A DNA stretch of 63,652 nt, counting the filler, from Choristocarpus tenellus KU-1152 (Eukaryota > Protista > Phaeophyceae): the NCBI GenBank assembly GCA_964200185.2. It is 11 parts of 11 records of this genome, joined end to end, with 100 filler letters (N's around TTAATTAATTAA, not from the genome) between each part and the next. Parts side by side here need not be neighbours in the genome. Positions count along the whole stretch, not along the records: positions 33,386 to 36,750 come from CAXNAD020020517.1; positions 36,851 to 48,652 come from CAXNAD020002131.1; positions 48,753 to 51,586 come from CAXNAD020024333.1; 8 more parts are not named here. One strand, given 5' to 3'. This document shows, piece by piece, positions 35,834-49,864 of this stretch; the first letter of the stretch is position 1, and each line of letters starts with the position of its first letter. A program made the translations under genes and the position numbers. Below the pieces are notes generated by a model. The model was not told where the DNA came from. It worked only from the letters and a program-made list of their open reading frames with translations, and searched no databases.

Positions 35834-38800
35834 ATATGTATTATTCATATTTTAAATGAATTTTTTGTTGTTGAGAATCGGTTCTGAAGAGCAGAAAATA
35901 ATAAAATAATGTAAAATAAAAATGTAGCTAAATGTTATTATAAACTATTTTGGTGATTGTTCTTTTTTAACGGTTTGTTCTGTTTTGTTTTTGTCGAGGA
36001 AGAAGAAGAAGAAGATTCCCTCTTGAACGGTAGGGTATCTATCTGAACAGGACTCCGGGTCCCGGGTTGTGAGTCAGCAAGCAATGGGGTACGCTTTTGT
36101 GTGTTGATGTGTACGATGTTGATGCTGCCTGTAAAATGTTGGGTTGTCTGAGGCAATTCTTTTTGTCTAGCCTACTCCTCTGTCGTGATTATTGTGAAGG
36201 CTAAGTTTGGAGGCGTGTTTTGGTGTAAGACGCCTGTTGCCGTTTACTCTGTAGTGTTTTTTGGAGTTTTCCAGAAGAGGCTCTGTTGCATGTGTAATGC
36301 ATGTAGTTGGTGGACTGTGAAGAGGTGGTGGTGGTGGTGGTGGTGGTGTGTACTTGAGCATATTTTGTTGTTGGAGGTCCGGAGGAGGGATGGATTGCTA
36401 GAGGAGACATGCGTGTCATGCGTGTATCTCATCTTGCGTCGTCTTCTGCTGTTTGTCTGTTGTGTATACAACTGTCATCTCAAGTCCTCGTTAGGGATAG
36501 GGCTATCTCTTGTAGTTTTATTATTTATCATTTATTTACTTGTTTTATTGTTTATGCTTGTAGTGGCAAACACAGTACGATATCGTGTCAATCTTGTGTG
36601 TGTGTTGGATCTTATTATTTTTTGTTTTTTCACATCCATCCATCCATCCATCCATTCATCCATCCACCTTTCTGTTCATTTTTTACCTAAGACGATCCAG
36701 CCCAGACCCTCACCACGCGTACACTAAACACTATCTTATATTTAAATGAANNNNNNNNNNNNNNNNNNNNNNNNNNNNNNNNNNNNNNNNNNNNTTAATT
36801 AATTAANNNNNNNNNNNNNNNNNNNNNNNNNNNNNNNNNNNNNNNNNNNNGAGGCATGTTGGGTGTATGTTGACAACCTCAGATTGCCATGTAGATCAAT
36901 CTTCAGTGTGATTGGTTGTCACCAGCCAGAACAGAAAACACAATATCGGCTTTGCTGGTTTGAATCCACTGTTCATGTCGGGGTTACCGCATGCCAGCCG
37001 TGCGTCTGACCCGCCACACATCACCTGCACCTGCCTGGTCTCAATCTCAAAAAGTGACGCGCGCAAATGTGTATGGCCACGCGTATTATCCTCGTCAACG
37101 TCGGAGATCCCCAAAAAAGTGACATCCCTCACATATTTTGTAGTATGTGACGACAGGTGGGAGGGAATAGTCCATACAGAAATATAGTGAGTAATGATTA
37201 AATAATTAGAACCATTTTGATGAAGATGCAAACTTTTTCTTTTCTATCTCAAAATGGTGATTGGGACTCTGTGGTTGAGGCGACTGTTCCCTCCATAAAT
37301 TTTACTGGTTCAAACCCCTTCGACGCCAGACTTGATTTCACGGAAATGTGATTTCAATGATCCAATTCCACGTGGCAAGCGCAGGTTGCTGTACAAGTGT
37401 ACTATATGCTGGGTGTTCCTATACCAATAAACGTTGGACCAAGGCTGGTGTGTGGAAACTTGGAGGCGTGTCCAGCACAACTATGAAGGGAGGGGATGGA
37501 GCGATGAGAGTGCTGAACCCAATGTGCGAGAAGCAAGGCAGGAACGGAGGTTGTATAATTACTTGCAATGCAACAGTAGTTAGTCGGTAGTTAGTATGAT
37601 AAGTAGTAAAGTGTGTAGTGCCTCTGACTATGGGTCAGGATATTCCCCAGACTAATGTGAAGACAACAATTTTAGCAAAAATAAGAAACATAAATAATAC
37701 TATAATAATATCAATCATAGAGAAAGAAAGGAGGGCGTATGACAACACACACAGGTAGGAGGGGATGAGGGTGACATGACAGCAATTACAGCTTTCCAAT
37801 GCTTTGTGCCCAGTAATGGCTATTTATTTCTTTATCATGCTACTGTCTTCGCTTTAGTTGGGACTAACAATAATGTAGGAAGTAGTTTGACCCCCCACCT
37901 AGTCTTGACTCGTCATCAGAGGCACTATTTGTCCGACTTTTTTTCATTAGCTGCAACTAACTACTATTGCACTATGACTAATTGCACTGCCACATGCACG
38001 TCTTGCTTTTCTCCTTTTACGCAAGGTTCATCCACCCCGCCATCCATCGCTCTGCCTCCTCCCTCACACATCCTCTGCAGTACTACTTGCTTGACCGAAA
38101 TGAAGCCTCACCAACACAAATCAGTCAGGTTTCTCGCGTACTTTTTTGTGGTGTAGTGATAGGAGGGTAAAGGTGCACCATTCCGCTGTGCTAGCCACAT
38201 GTTCAATCAAACCCAGATTTCCTTGAAAAGAAATCTGACCATGACCAAGCATGAATCCACACATTCTTGTGATGAAAGCTGGTACAGGGCTATTTCATAC
38301 CAAGAACACCCAATATAGAGCCCTGGAGTACAGTGGTGGTAAGTCAGCTCATACGACTTGGTCGAAGTGTAGGTGAAAGTGGGAAATGGATATTCATTGC
38401 CGATAGACTTGATGTATGGGGTTGTCCAAACCAAGACAATGTTCCCGGGTAGCACCACAAGCACAGTGAGTGGTGCTGAGGAAGACCGACACATGCCAGT
38501 ACTGGGAGGAACAAAAGTGATAATTTTGTTGTTATGCGAAGGAAGGAGCCATTGTGTGGCCTCCCAGTCAGCCCGTCAGCCAAACCAACCCTACCCAAAC
38601 CACTACAAAACCCCAATCCAAAAGTGTTTTTCAGGGCTTTTCACCAGGCCAGCAATTGAAGAAAGTCCTGTCCACCGACCAGACCGATCCCACAATTATT
38701 TTACACGTCCTACTCTATGTCCACTAGGTATTGAACTGGTTCATGTCCATGTCTGGACCAGTCCCACAATTATTTAATAAGTAGTGAGTCAAAGTAAACG

Positions 38801-41539
38801 AGAGGTGCCCACAGTTGCAATATGTTTGTGCTGACAAACATGTCCAAACTTCGTTTTTTTTCAAATGTGCAGAGGATATTTTCAGAAGTATGTCAAAATA
38901 GTTTCAAACAATAGAGAATTAAATGCTATCAAGTCAAAACTTAGAACTTCAGTAGATCTATGGGCGAATGACAAAAGATTCAAAAGCAAATATAAAATGC
39001 AAATCGTCCAAAACCGAAGTACTTCTTGCTTACTTCGACTCTCCTGGTCCATGTCCGCTTTGCGGACCAGGTCCAAACATTCTCTGACATGTCCGGACCA
39101 CGTCCACAGGGTATTGTACCGATCCATGTCCACTACCTGACCATCTAACGTTTTTCTTTGATTGCCCCGCCCATGGCCACCATCATCAGTTCAATTTCCT
39201 GGCATTTATGTCCATTATTACGTGTTACAGAACTATAAATTTGAGACATTCATACACACACACAGAGAGATCAAAAATCACCTCAAACATGCAACAAGCT
39301 AACTGATTAAATTGTCAGAGACAGGTTCCATTTTGGGTTCTCCGATACACACATTTGTGGGTATGACGCGCGGTCATATACAGTTGCGCACGCCACTTCC
39401 ACAAAATTTTCTTTTTTTAAAATTCTATGTAACACAATATAAAATAATATTGTATGAAATACTCGTGTACTACTTACAGTAGAAATTTCAAATTTAGGAT
39501 ACAAAATTCAAGAAGGGTGGTAAAATACAAAATACGAGGCATGGTCATGACGCGCTCGACTCAACTATGAATATATTATTACGTCATTGGCCATAGATAA
39601 AATGTTCTAACATGGCCGAGTCCATCGCCATCACTTACTCAGCATGACCGTGGTCGCTATAGCCATGCATAACCAAGTTCGACCAGACAGGCCCGTGGCC
39701 ATATGGCCAACAGTGGACATGATAACTGCCTGGCCCGATGAAAAGCCGTGGTTGTTTTCTAACAGAAAGAATAACCTTCCTAATAAACCAGTAAGCTCTA
39801 CATCATGTATGTAATCTGGTCTACTGCTTTTATTGAAAACAGATTGAGGGTGCACAGAAGGAACAAGGCCAAGATGCTAGGAGGTCTACTTACTTTTTCC
39901 TGACTGCATTCTTTCTTCTGGAAGACATCGACAACAGTGATAATTGTGCTCAGCACCTGTCAACCAACTGGAACACAGCAAATGACGCCATCCCCACACC
40001 TACGTTTGGACTGGACCTCAAGAACCTGCTCCTACAAGATTACATCGATCTCTCATCCCAAGAGGCACATAATTGTCCACAAGAACATGACAAAACCAAT
40101 AACAACTTTTTCTGTGCTTCCAGGGCCAATAGTCTTCCTCTTTCCTATATATATACTAAACATTTCAGACAGCACTTGCGCAAACGAACCCACTAATGCC
40201 TGTTCATGATTGTGCCGTACGCACATGGAGAAACGTTACTTTCCTGTTCAACCATTTGTTCATTGCACATGCTCATATTACAAAATTGGGAACAGTTGCC
40301 TTACAGCCGAGTGCCTTTAACACTTTACTTGGAGAAGGGTGGGACAATAAGGTTCAAGGACAGCTGAAATCAAACCTTTTTCACCTCACGACGACACAGT
40401 CCCACCTTTGTTACGTTTCTGTATCTTCGCCTTTTTATCAGATATTACTTTGTAGTAAACAAATGACTCTACTTTCACTTTTTTCTTATCTTGGATCACA
40501 GGTCCGAGCATGCTATTTGTTGTGCCTTTCTCCGTAACAATACCTGGAGAACGTATGAGCATAATTACTTATCCTGCATCAACAAACCACAATAAAGCCA
40601 TTCTCCCTCATTGCAATCAGCCCCTCGGTCACGTATTATTCAGCCTTCTCTTGAGCAAAGGAAGAGCATCTATCTCTCCGACACTACAGGAGATTATGCT
40701 TCTGGTGATGGTGAGAGAGTACAGGAAAGATTGGGACTGAAATTTACATCCCTCCTGCGGGACCTTTTGCCTAGGGGCCTTAAGCACCACTCATGCATCT
40801 GATCTTGTTTGCCAACAGTCTTGACCAAGTCAATCAAACATTTTCTCGCTTATAAAATTTGAACCATGGACTCTTTCGGTCCATAACACCAGACAATAAC
40901 TACCTTCATGATGCTCGGCCTTCACATGCTACAGATATTCAGTACTCTTCTACAGCGATTCAAATGACACCAACAACATGCAATTCTCTGTGTCTTTCAC
41001 CTTCTTCTCACCAACTCATGTTTTTGGTTCGCCACACACCTCACTCCCTGTCTGTGATGATCATCGACAATGTTACATTAAAAGTTGACAAGGTCTCCCT
41101 CCTCTCCACAGCAGAAAAACTACATACCTAGCAGCCATTGGCAGTGAGTCCGTTTTCATAGAAGTGCCTGCATCAGAAAGTTCGCTCAATTCGTTCCACA
41201 AGGTCAAAGCAAAGTCCTCTCATCCCATGGCCTTCTTCAACATTACCAACCCCCCAAAACGAGTTTTATAGCACCTTTATCTTACCAGGCGGAAGCTGAG
41301 AATTTTCTGGATTTACTCAGCAGGAACATCTTAAACAATGCCCCGATTAAAAACCCTCCTTTAAAACCAATAGAGTGCTCCATACACAAAACAGAGAGAG
41401 TCAGTCAGTCAGTCAGTCAGCAACATGCAAGGGAATCACCTTAATTTAAAAAAAATGGAGTTCCCTCTTCCTATCTATCCGTTAAGCATGAATATTGACG
41501 GAGGAAAGGAGAGATTCCAGGGAACAGTACACCATGTTT

Positions 41540-41828
41540 GGTTTGACACAAGATACCGTTCACCCCATTGGTTCTTGAGTTGCGGTCTTCATCCCATTGG
41601 TTTGACACAAGATACCGTTCACTCCATTGGTTCTTGAGTTGCGGTCTTCATCCCATTGGTTTGACACAAGATACCGTTCACCCCATTGGTTCTTGAGTTT
41701 CGGTCTTCATCCCATTGGTTTGACACAAGATACCGTTCACCCCATTGGTTCTTGAGTTGCGGTCTTCATCCCATTGGTTTGACACAAAATACCGTTCACC
41801 CCATTGGTTCTTGAGTTGCGGTCTTCAC
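41540..41828. repeat. 59-bp minisatellite, about 5 near-identical units, each made of two related half-units
   Basis: Unit GGTTTGACACAAGATACCGTTCACCCCATT-GGTTCTTGAGTTGCGGTCTTCATCCCATT starts at 41540, 41599, 41658, 41717 and 41776. Confidence 0.95.
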
Positions 41829-42038
41829 ACCTGAACAAAAAATGATTTTCTAAAAATGATTTTTTCAATAGCGACTCAATGTGTTTAGGGATAGGGCTAG
41901 TACGAACATCCTCCAATCCCTCTCAACCTCAACAGCTGACTCTTCACCTACCACGGATACCTTCCAGACCCAACAACCTCGATAATACATCATACAGCCA
42001 CATGTACCTAGCATTTTAGGGGCTTACCCACCACCTGC

Positions 42039-45000
42039 TCAAAGGAGCAAGGTGGACTCCTCCTCCAACAGTGCCAACATGCCTTTAAGCACCTCCAGAG
42101 ACACAGAGTCCTTTGCTAAAGAACCTAGTTCTACCTTCTTGCCACCCAGTCCAACACCTTGTACCCTTGGTACAACAGTTGGGGTACAACCAACACTCCT
42201 TTCAGGGTCGGATGTGGTACTCAACTGACCAGAGTGTCCATCATAACTGGCAGTCCGAACTTGTATAGATGTAATGGGCCCCAGCACCCGCCCCGTGCCT
42301 GATAGGGGCAAACAGGAGCAGTGAAGGTCATTGTATCACTCCTGGTGTGCTTTTCAACAAAGTAGATAAAAAGAAATAATGTGCAAGGAAAGAAAAGCAA
42401 TGGACCTTTGATGAGGTGCGCTCTCATATCTGAACCTTTGATGTTACCTTTGATGTTACAACATTGGTGCCTGGCAAGTAAGGAGTGTGTTGTACGGTGT
42501 GTGTGCACTATCGTCTCATCCAAAAAACACTTCACTCTCTCAAAATGGAGAAAAAAAAAACCCGATTAATCTTTTAAAAAAAACGTAAGGATTTTACTTC
42601 AATCACAAGCCCCTCTAAATCAACGTCACAACAACGGAAAGTTCAAAACAGATAACATAAGAAAAAACAAAGGCACTAGTACATCTTACTCCAAATGAAA
42701 TGAAACGGAATCCAGCAAACAAGCAACACGCTACACAACAGAAAACAACAATCTCAATAGTAACCCTAACCCTAAAGTCATACAACCTCGAGACCAATAA
42801 AAAAATAACCAATAGGATAAAAACAATAAAAGTCTCGCTCTGGTGAATACCCCGCATCCGCACCAGTCACAAACGCCTCCCTCCACAAGTGTACCCTATC
42901 CACAGAAGGTGCCTGCAGACAAACTGGCAGTCCTTTCTTCTTACAGACTTGGAGACATAGCTCCCTCATCCCTCCAAGCAGGACCCCATCAGGGGAAGTG
43001 GTAATGGCACCATCCTCCTCCACAACAAAGAGGTTCGAAGTGAGCCCTTGATTCAAGAACAAATAAGGCACATGTGGGGCCCTAGTTTGCTATTGCGCTG
43101 TTTTAGGGGTGTTGCTAGTGTTGCTGAGGCGGTTACGAGACCTGCATCGTTTCCTCCCACGTGTTCATGTGGATGGATGCCTTTAAAAGCCTTACCAAGT
43201 ACTGGGCTCCACCCACGCATTGGGGGCGTGGGTGTAGTAATGGTGTTGGATTGTACTCCACGTTGCGGATTCCGTTAAAAAAATTTCCCTTTCATATTGC
43301 TTGCTTCCCTTTTTAGTTCTTCTCTTTTGCATTTTTTTTCAGAGCATACACAAGATCAAGCTACACTCTCAAGCAAAAAATATAAATATTTTTATATGCA
43401 CCTAAGACAATAAGAGTGAAGATTATATATAACACCAACACCCAAAAATTTTACTTCCCAGCCTGACGGAGTGTGAAAAGGTTCAAAGAGAGTCGGGGGG
43501 GGGGGGGGTTCCACACCGCAGGCGGTTACATGAAAAATCACCGGTGAAGTGAAGGTACATGAGTTCTGTCACAACATCAAGACCAAAGCTGGGCAAGCAC
43601 AGGGACAATGGCGATCACCTCCTACGCTTGCCTTCCCTCCAAGATGGGACTACACAAGCAAAAACATGTGCTGATAGGTACTCAAGACTAACTCAAAGCC
43701 CTACTACAATGCAAGAGGTGCCCTAAATCTACAGAGGCCTCTTCAAAAAAAATCCTTTCATGTATGTTTCGATAGCACCCTTCCTCACAGAATAGGGTCG
43801 GAGCTCTCCCCACGCTAAAAAAAAATCTCAAGAAAAAAATGAACTACTTCTTAATACTACCAAGCCTATCATAGTAAAAAAGAGGTTAGGGCTAGGGTTA
43901 GGGTTAGGGTCAGTCAGGGCAGTCCACAAGTTCTTCCAAAAACTACAATTGTGTAAAAATAAATAATTTGCAGTTTGAACAAAAAAAAAGGATTAGAGTC
44001 TGCCACGTCTTTTTCAGCGACCATCAAAGATTTTCATTCTCTCTTCTTTTTTTTCATTAGTGATTGATTGGTGTGGATACAATTGTCGAACCAATCACGC
44101 CAAATTTCATTCTCATACATACACATCACATATAGATGATACACACATACACATATATATATATTAATTCATATCACCTTCCAAGAGCTCACGTCCACTT
44201 CCATCAATTCCACAAGCTTTAGAAGTCGGCTCTCGTTTCCCAACTCTGGAGAGGATCACTTCCTGCACACCTTCCTAATATATGCAAAACAATCCGAGGT
44301 AAACATCATCAAGTTCAGCAGGGAATGGGAAGGGTTAGGGTTATAGGGGGAGGACCATTCCGGCGAGCACATCGCAGTATCTCCAGTAGTCACATTCATG
44401 TTGCACACATCATCACACATCATCATACCAGCACTTTGTACTTCCAAACCAAAATTCAAATCCGAACAAAGTGCTGGTATCACAGTAGGGCACAACAGTA
44501 CTACTGAATTGAGTCAATTACAACAGTAGCCAGTCCTCCTCAACATGCACATCTCCATTGTAAATAAGCCAACAGTCAAACAACCACAATCAACACTACA
44601 CAAAACGGAGCCCTAGAGCACTGCAAATGTAATAATTGAAATAATAATAATAATAATAATAATAACAACAACAATAACATAAATAGTGCAGCCAACAGCA
44701 GTACCCTATCCATGGACTCAACAAGGCGGTGATGGGAATCTATGTGCTCTTGGCTACCATTGTACCTTCTCCATCTCCTTTTTATCTGCATTATACCGGT
44801 CTATTCTCACACTACCCTCCTTTCTATCTACCTATCTCTGTAGTCACTCCAAGTGATAGGGCAACAAAAAAAATAAAAAGAGAATGCACTGTATCTCTTG
44901 TCAAATTCCTACTGTATTGCTATGAAAAAAAAAGAGAAATCAAGTAACCCACCCTTGTGCAAATGACTGCCCCATAATGACGCCACGCTACTTACCTTCC

Positions 45001-48000
45001 TACATACCTGCCTACCAACCTACCCAGCAACATAACTAAAAAGCCAGCCACATAGGGACGACATTTTTGCTTTAAGGTCGTCCCTACAACTGTGCTTCTG
45101 CAAAAAAAACATCCTACCATCCTTCTGCGACTTAAGAAGCTTTGGTGCGCCCTGTAATACATGAAATAAAGTAGACACAAGTTGAACCACTGAGACAGAA
45201 AGAGACAGGTTGAGGGAGGATACACCCCTAGTTCACGGTTACAGCTGAACCTATTAACTACTGCAATTATAACCCTAACCCTGACCCTCATCCTAGAGTA
45301 TTAATTACTGCAATTATAACCCTGACCCTCATCCTAGAGCATTAATTACAACAATTATAACCCTAACCCTGAACCTCATCCTAGACCACTGAGAAAAAAG
45401 GGAACAAACAACCCCTGCAAACACCCAGCGGTAGACAAAAATTATTCTTACAAAAATTAACGCCATTAAAAAAAATAGCAAGTACTTTTTTTTTATTAAA
45501 CAAAGGAAAAAAAATATTATCCACTCTCTTCAGTATCAATAGAAGCACCGGCACATCCCCATCATCAACAAGCACGCCTCCTTGCGAGATGGCCCTAACC
45601 CTGTCCTGCAACTGGAGCAAACTGTCAACAAACATCAATACACCAATCCTTTCCCCCCAAGAAGCATTGCATTTTGAGGCTTAAAAAAATAAATAACTCC
45701 TATATTTTCCTCTTGCATCTCTAACATAAATAAACCTAACCCTAACCCTTCCTGAACTCTGCCTAACTTCTGAAGGACTATTGATCTCGTTAACTCTATG
45801 ACAACATACCCCCTTCGTTACTGATCCCGGGAATATGCATGCAGCGATCATGTTCATTGATTTTCTTCAACACACCTCTTAACCCCAAGCACGAATGCCC
45901 ATCACGCCTGCAGTGGCCCTACATACCAATTTGTGTGTCCACACAGCACTACCCAATCGTCTACCATTTTATCTTCTTCTTTTTTTAACTGACAGTAAAA
46001 CCGGGCCAAGTACACCCACCCTCATCGAAAAACGCCTTCATTGGTGATCGAGAAGTTAAAACGTATTCGATTTTTAAAATACCTTTGTACTGCATGATAG
46101 GCCACACACGCATCTCCAGCAATAATAATAATAATAATATATAAATACCACACCTACTCCTTTCAACTCAAGTGCACAAGTCATTAATATGGAATTTGAA
46201 TTTCAAGACACATCAACTCACGTCAACTCATGGGGGCAATATAGAAAAAAAGAATACGTGCTCGGGGTGATATGAGGCAAACAAGACAAGAAGCCTTCAT
46301 CACTTCAACTGGGCAGAGGCGACTGACTCACCAACACTCTTGTCTCCTTGAGCAACAAACAAAGCTTCCACCACATGTGCAGCCCTTTCTAAACTCTAAC
46401 CCTAGCCCACACACACTTTGGTCACACCACCTAACTGCAGCCCTAATCCTAACCCTAAATCTCTTAAGCACCATCTAAAGGTTCACTCACGCCTCCCTGG
46501 TGCAACAAAACAGCAGAGCATCATCTCTCTATAAAAAATATAAAAAATACAAACAAAAAAAACAATTTGAACCTGGCGTTTTAATTGGTCCAGAGGTGCT
46601 CTCTCCCTTAGCCAATTGGAATGCTTTGCTTCTGCGCAGGATCTCCCCCATCCAGCAACCAGTACCTCTAGGCCTGCTCCCCCCTCCAAACTCCTGAGCA
46701 GGGCAGGAAAGAGGGGTAGGTGGGTGGGGGGGGGGAGGTAGGACTCTGAGATGTATAGCAAGAGATGCATGGTTTAGACCTAGCTATTGCAGGGCATAGA
46801 TGAAATTAGTTAGAAATTATCAGTTGTCATTGTGCAATAGTTCCTTTCAGAGGACTGCTTTTTTCTCCATGCCAGAATACACAAAAATAGCACACACACA
46901 CACACACACACACTGGTAAGTGACCCAGAATATTATTGTTGAAGCTGACTCGGGCTGGCTGCCTGGTGTCAGTGTATACGGCCTGCTCATGGACGTTTAC
47001 TTCTGCAACAGGAACATGCAGATACATAATGGAAGCACTCTGGGTCAACCATTCCAGTTCAGGGAGGGAGGGGGTGGGGGATGGGGGGTGGAGGGCAAAG
47101 ACAGTTACACCTATCCACACAACTTCACTTGTACCAAAGACTAAAAAACGACATGGAGTTTCTTTCAGTATTGGGGTACACTTCATTACTTTGTAGAGAG
47201 TGGGATGTGGGTTGGTGTCAGATCAACCACCATAAAGAAATAAGATATGTCAACGCCATATTCATGTATATGAAACCCCCAGTATTGATGTACGGTACAG
47301 CTTACAGGATCTGTCTAGTACATACATTCACTGGAACAATTCTCTTACCCTAACCCTAACCCAATAATAGAGTGAAAAAAAGCACGATGCCTTTGTGAAC
47401 ACAACGGTAGAACCAAGAGGAATAATTTGTAATAATAAAAACACAGCTATGTAAAAATAGTAATATATTACCATTCATTAGCAAATATCTTTTTAAGAGG
47501 ACCAAAGGGAAAAAATACACAAAAAAACTGAAACATCAATAGAATCGATCCATCTCCAACATATCACGTTGATCCGGTCACACACAACAAAAACCTCCAA
47601 CCCTAGCCCTATCCCTTCAAAATAAAAAATAAAAAATATATATATATTTATTTTTAAACGTGCAACCTTGGCACACAAAAAAAATCTACCATAACGCCTT
47701 AATAGAGATAGAGAGTGTTTGCATAACCAACATCAAGATTCAATTCATTATAAACGCCTCCAGAAATCAACAAAAAAAAAGTCTTTTTTTTTCAAACCAC
47801 CCAAATCTCATCCCTCTCTTACCTATAACTAACACAGAGCCGCAGCAGGGTAAACTCACTCTCTCACTCTCTCACTCTTTCAAGCACTGCACGACAATAG
47901 GTTTCATTTTTTTTTGAGCACATCTTTGTTCCGATCTTGTTTTGTTTTTTTTAAGTAGTAGCAAGAGGAACGCTTTTTGTACAGGGTGCAAACACTCTAA

Positions 48001-48447
48001 AATCATCAAAATAGAACAGATTAGACCAAGGGAGGGGATCAAGAACAGAACTACTAAGATTAAAAAAAATAAACAAAAAGTCTGCAAAAACAAAAAACCG
48101 ATATTCTAACGTTCATCTAGAAAAAAAAAAGTCTAAAGGGAATCGACAGGAGTCAGGAGGGCAAATAAATAAATAAATATATATATACCCGCTAAATCTA
48201 TCAAGAGTCAAAAACCTTCACGGGACAAATTGGAGATTACTCCCCAACAAAATACTGGGAATTTCAGAAGATCATTTTGTTCTGACGTTGGAAGGTGTAC
48301 CGTTAATGGATCTACACACATAGATACACACATAGATACACACCACTGATGTTACATATTTTCAGCCCTTTTTTATCGCCATCCATTTCCATCACGGCTG
48401 TAGAGTTATGCACTGAATCCCCCATCACTTCCTGTCCACTTGCCCCC
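42039..48447 (-). CDS. Class IV PLP-dependent aminotransferase-like protein (BCAT/D-AAT/ADC-lyase fold), 3' part
   Basis: Phase-consistent exons 48447-48344 and 47110-47050 (both tentative), 46693-46573 (GRSCAEAKHSNWLRER), 44274-44178 (EVILS...RELLE), 43046-42864 (GLTSNLFVV...GVLLGGMRELCL...WREAFVT) and 42298-42039 (GTGRVLGPI...stop). The EGxxSNxF, LxGxxR and EAFxT motifs are typical of aminotransferase class IV. Confidence 0.85.
45253..45385. repeat. About 39-48-bp tandem repeat containing CCCTAA/CCCTGA telomere-like subunits
   Basis: ATTAA(C/T)TAC..CAATTATAACCCT...CCTCATCCTAGA occurs three times. Confidence 0.8.
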
Positions 48448-49864
48448 CTGCTAACTAGGAATGTACACTGTAAGTTCAATACACCCGAAAGAAGCAAGAA
48501 ACACAATATATATATATGAACTTACAGAAAAAAAAATAAAAATAAAAATAAAAAAGTATTTTTATTTCCATCAATTTTTTACAATTTTTTTTTTTTAATA
48601 AACGAAACTGATTGTTGTCGGGGGGGGGGGGGGGGGGGGGGGCCGCATTTTTNNNNNNNNNNNNNNNNNNNNNNNNNNNNNNNNNNNNNNNNNNNNTTAA
48701 TTAATTAANNNNNNNNNNNNNNNNNNNNNNNNNNNNNNNNNNNNNNNNNNNNTCAAAAGTCAGTACAAGCTGGTAGTAATGTGTACCATATCAACAGGAA
48801 ACAAATGAGTAGCCTATGTTTTAACACTCCCCACTTCCTCAGTTCCCCACTTTTTCCTGTAAGTCTTTCAGTCTTGCACTTGTCCAATCTTAACCTCATC
48901 CTCCGGATATGGTTCGTCTTGGTCCGTCTGATCTGTCTTGCCCGGTTATTCTCTTCACCTCCTGCCTGAGTGAACCACGCCGCTACAGAATCACCCAATT
49001 CCTATTGACGACACCAGTGAGCTCAGAGATAAGATGAGGGGTAATATTTGTTTGACCACTTACCAAAAATGCCGAATGCAAGATCTAGAAGAAACGTTGT
49101 GAACAAGAGCATCTGGTCGAACACCTCAAAGAATCAAGAGAAGCAGATGAGAAAGTTGAAGAAAACGAATCAGTAGAGGACATGGACTCCTCAACCATGA
49201 TCCTGATTCGTCGAGTCAATCGTCCACATAGTGTAACGACTTAAGAAATGCGAACCGTAGACGAGTTTCCTCCCCATCTTCCCCGGATCATTGTTGTCAG
49301 ACAGGAACTGTGTCGTCGATCTTTGAGCATTGTGTCAGCTCGGGCGACAGTGACACTCATTATGTGAGCTTTTTCAGGACGATCCTGTCTCTCCTCCAAG
49401 TTCCACTGCTTGTGACGTGGCCATTTCGCAGACTCAGTTTGGCGATGTTGTTCTGGTGTTCATTGCCCACCACGTGAATGAATGCGCGAGAACAAACATT
49501 ATGCTGTCCGAATGGCTCCAGGATCTGTTGGAGCTTCAAACTCGGAGAAAATGCCTCAATCAAGTAAGACGTCTTGAACAGAGTAGTGATTTCTCGCACA
49601 CCCACAACCCATTTCACAAGGGAGTCGTTTTAGATATTTCACTTCGGAAATCCCAACTGTTCTGGCGATCACAGATTCTGAAGAAGATTTACCATTTCTA
49701 TTCTCGAAATGACATGTCGCAATCACTCTGCATCCTTGTCAGTATGGCCCTGCATCCTCTGAAACAATTGATGCTCATTGTGTAGAATTCTTGGCGAAAA
49801 TTCTTCAAGGACCCGCCAAAACACTCAATTTTGAGGCGTTGGTTGGTGCGAAAGATGGCGTTCA

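Noticed and set aside
41540-41828. CRISPR-like repeat/spacer periodicity
   Set aside because: The would-be spacers are identical, there are no cas genes, and the context is eukaryotic. It is a minisatellite.
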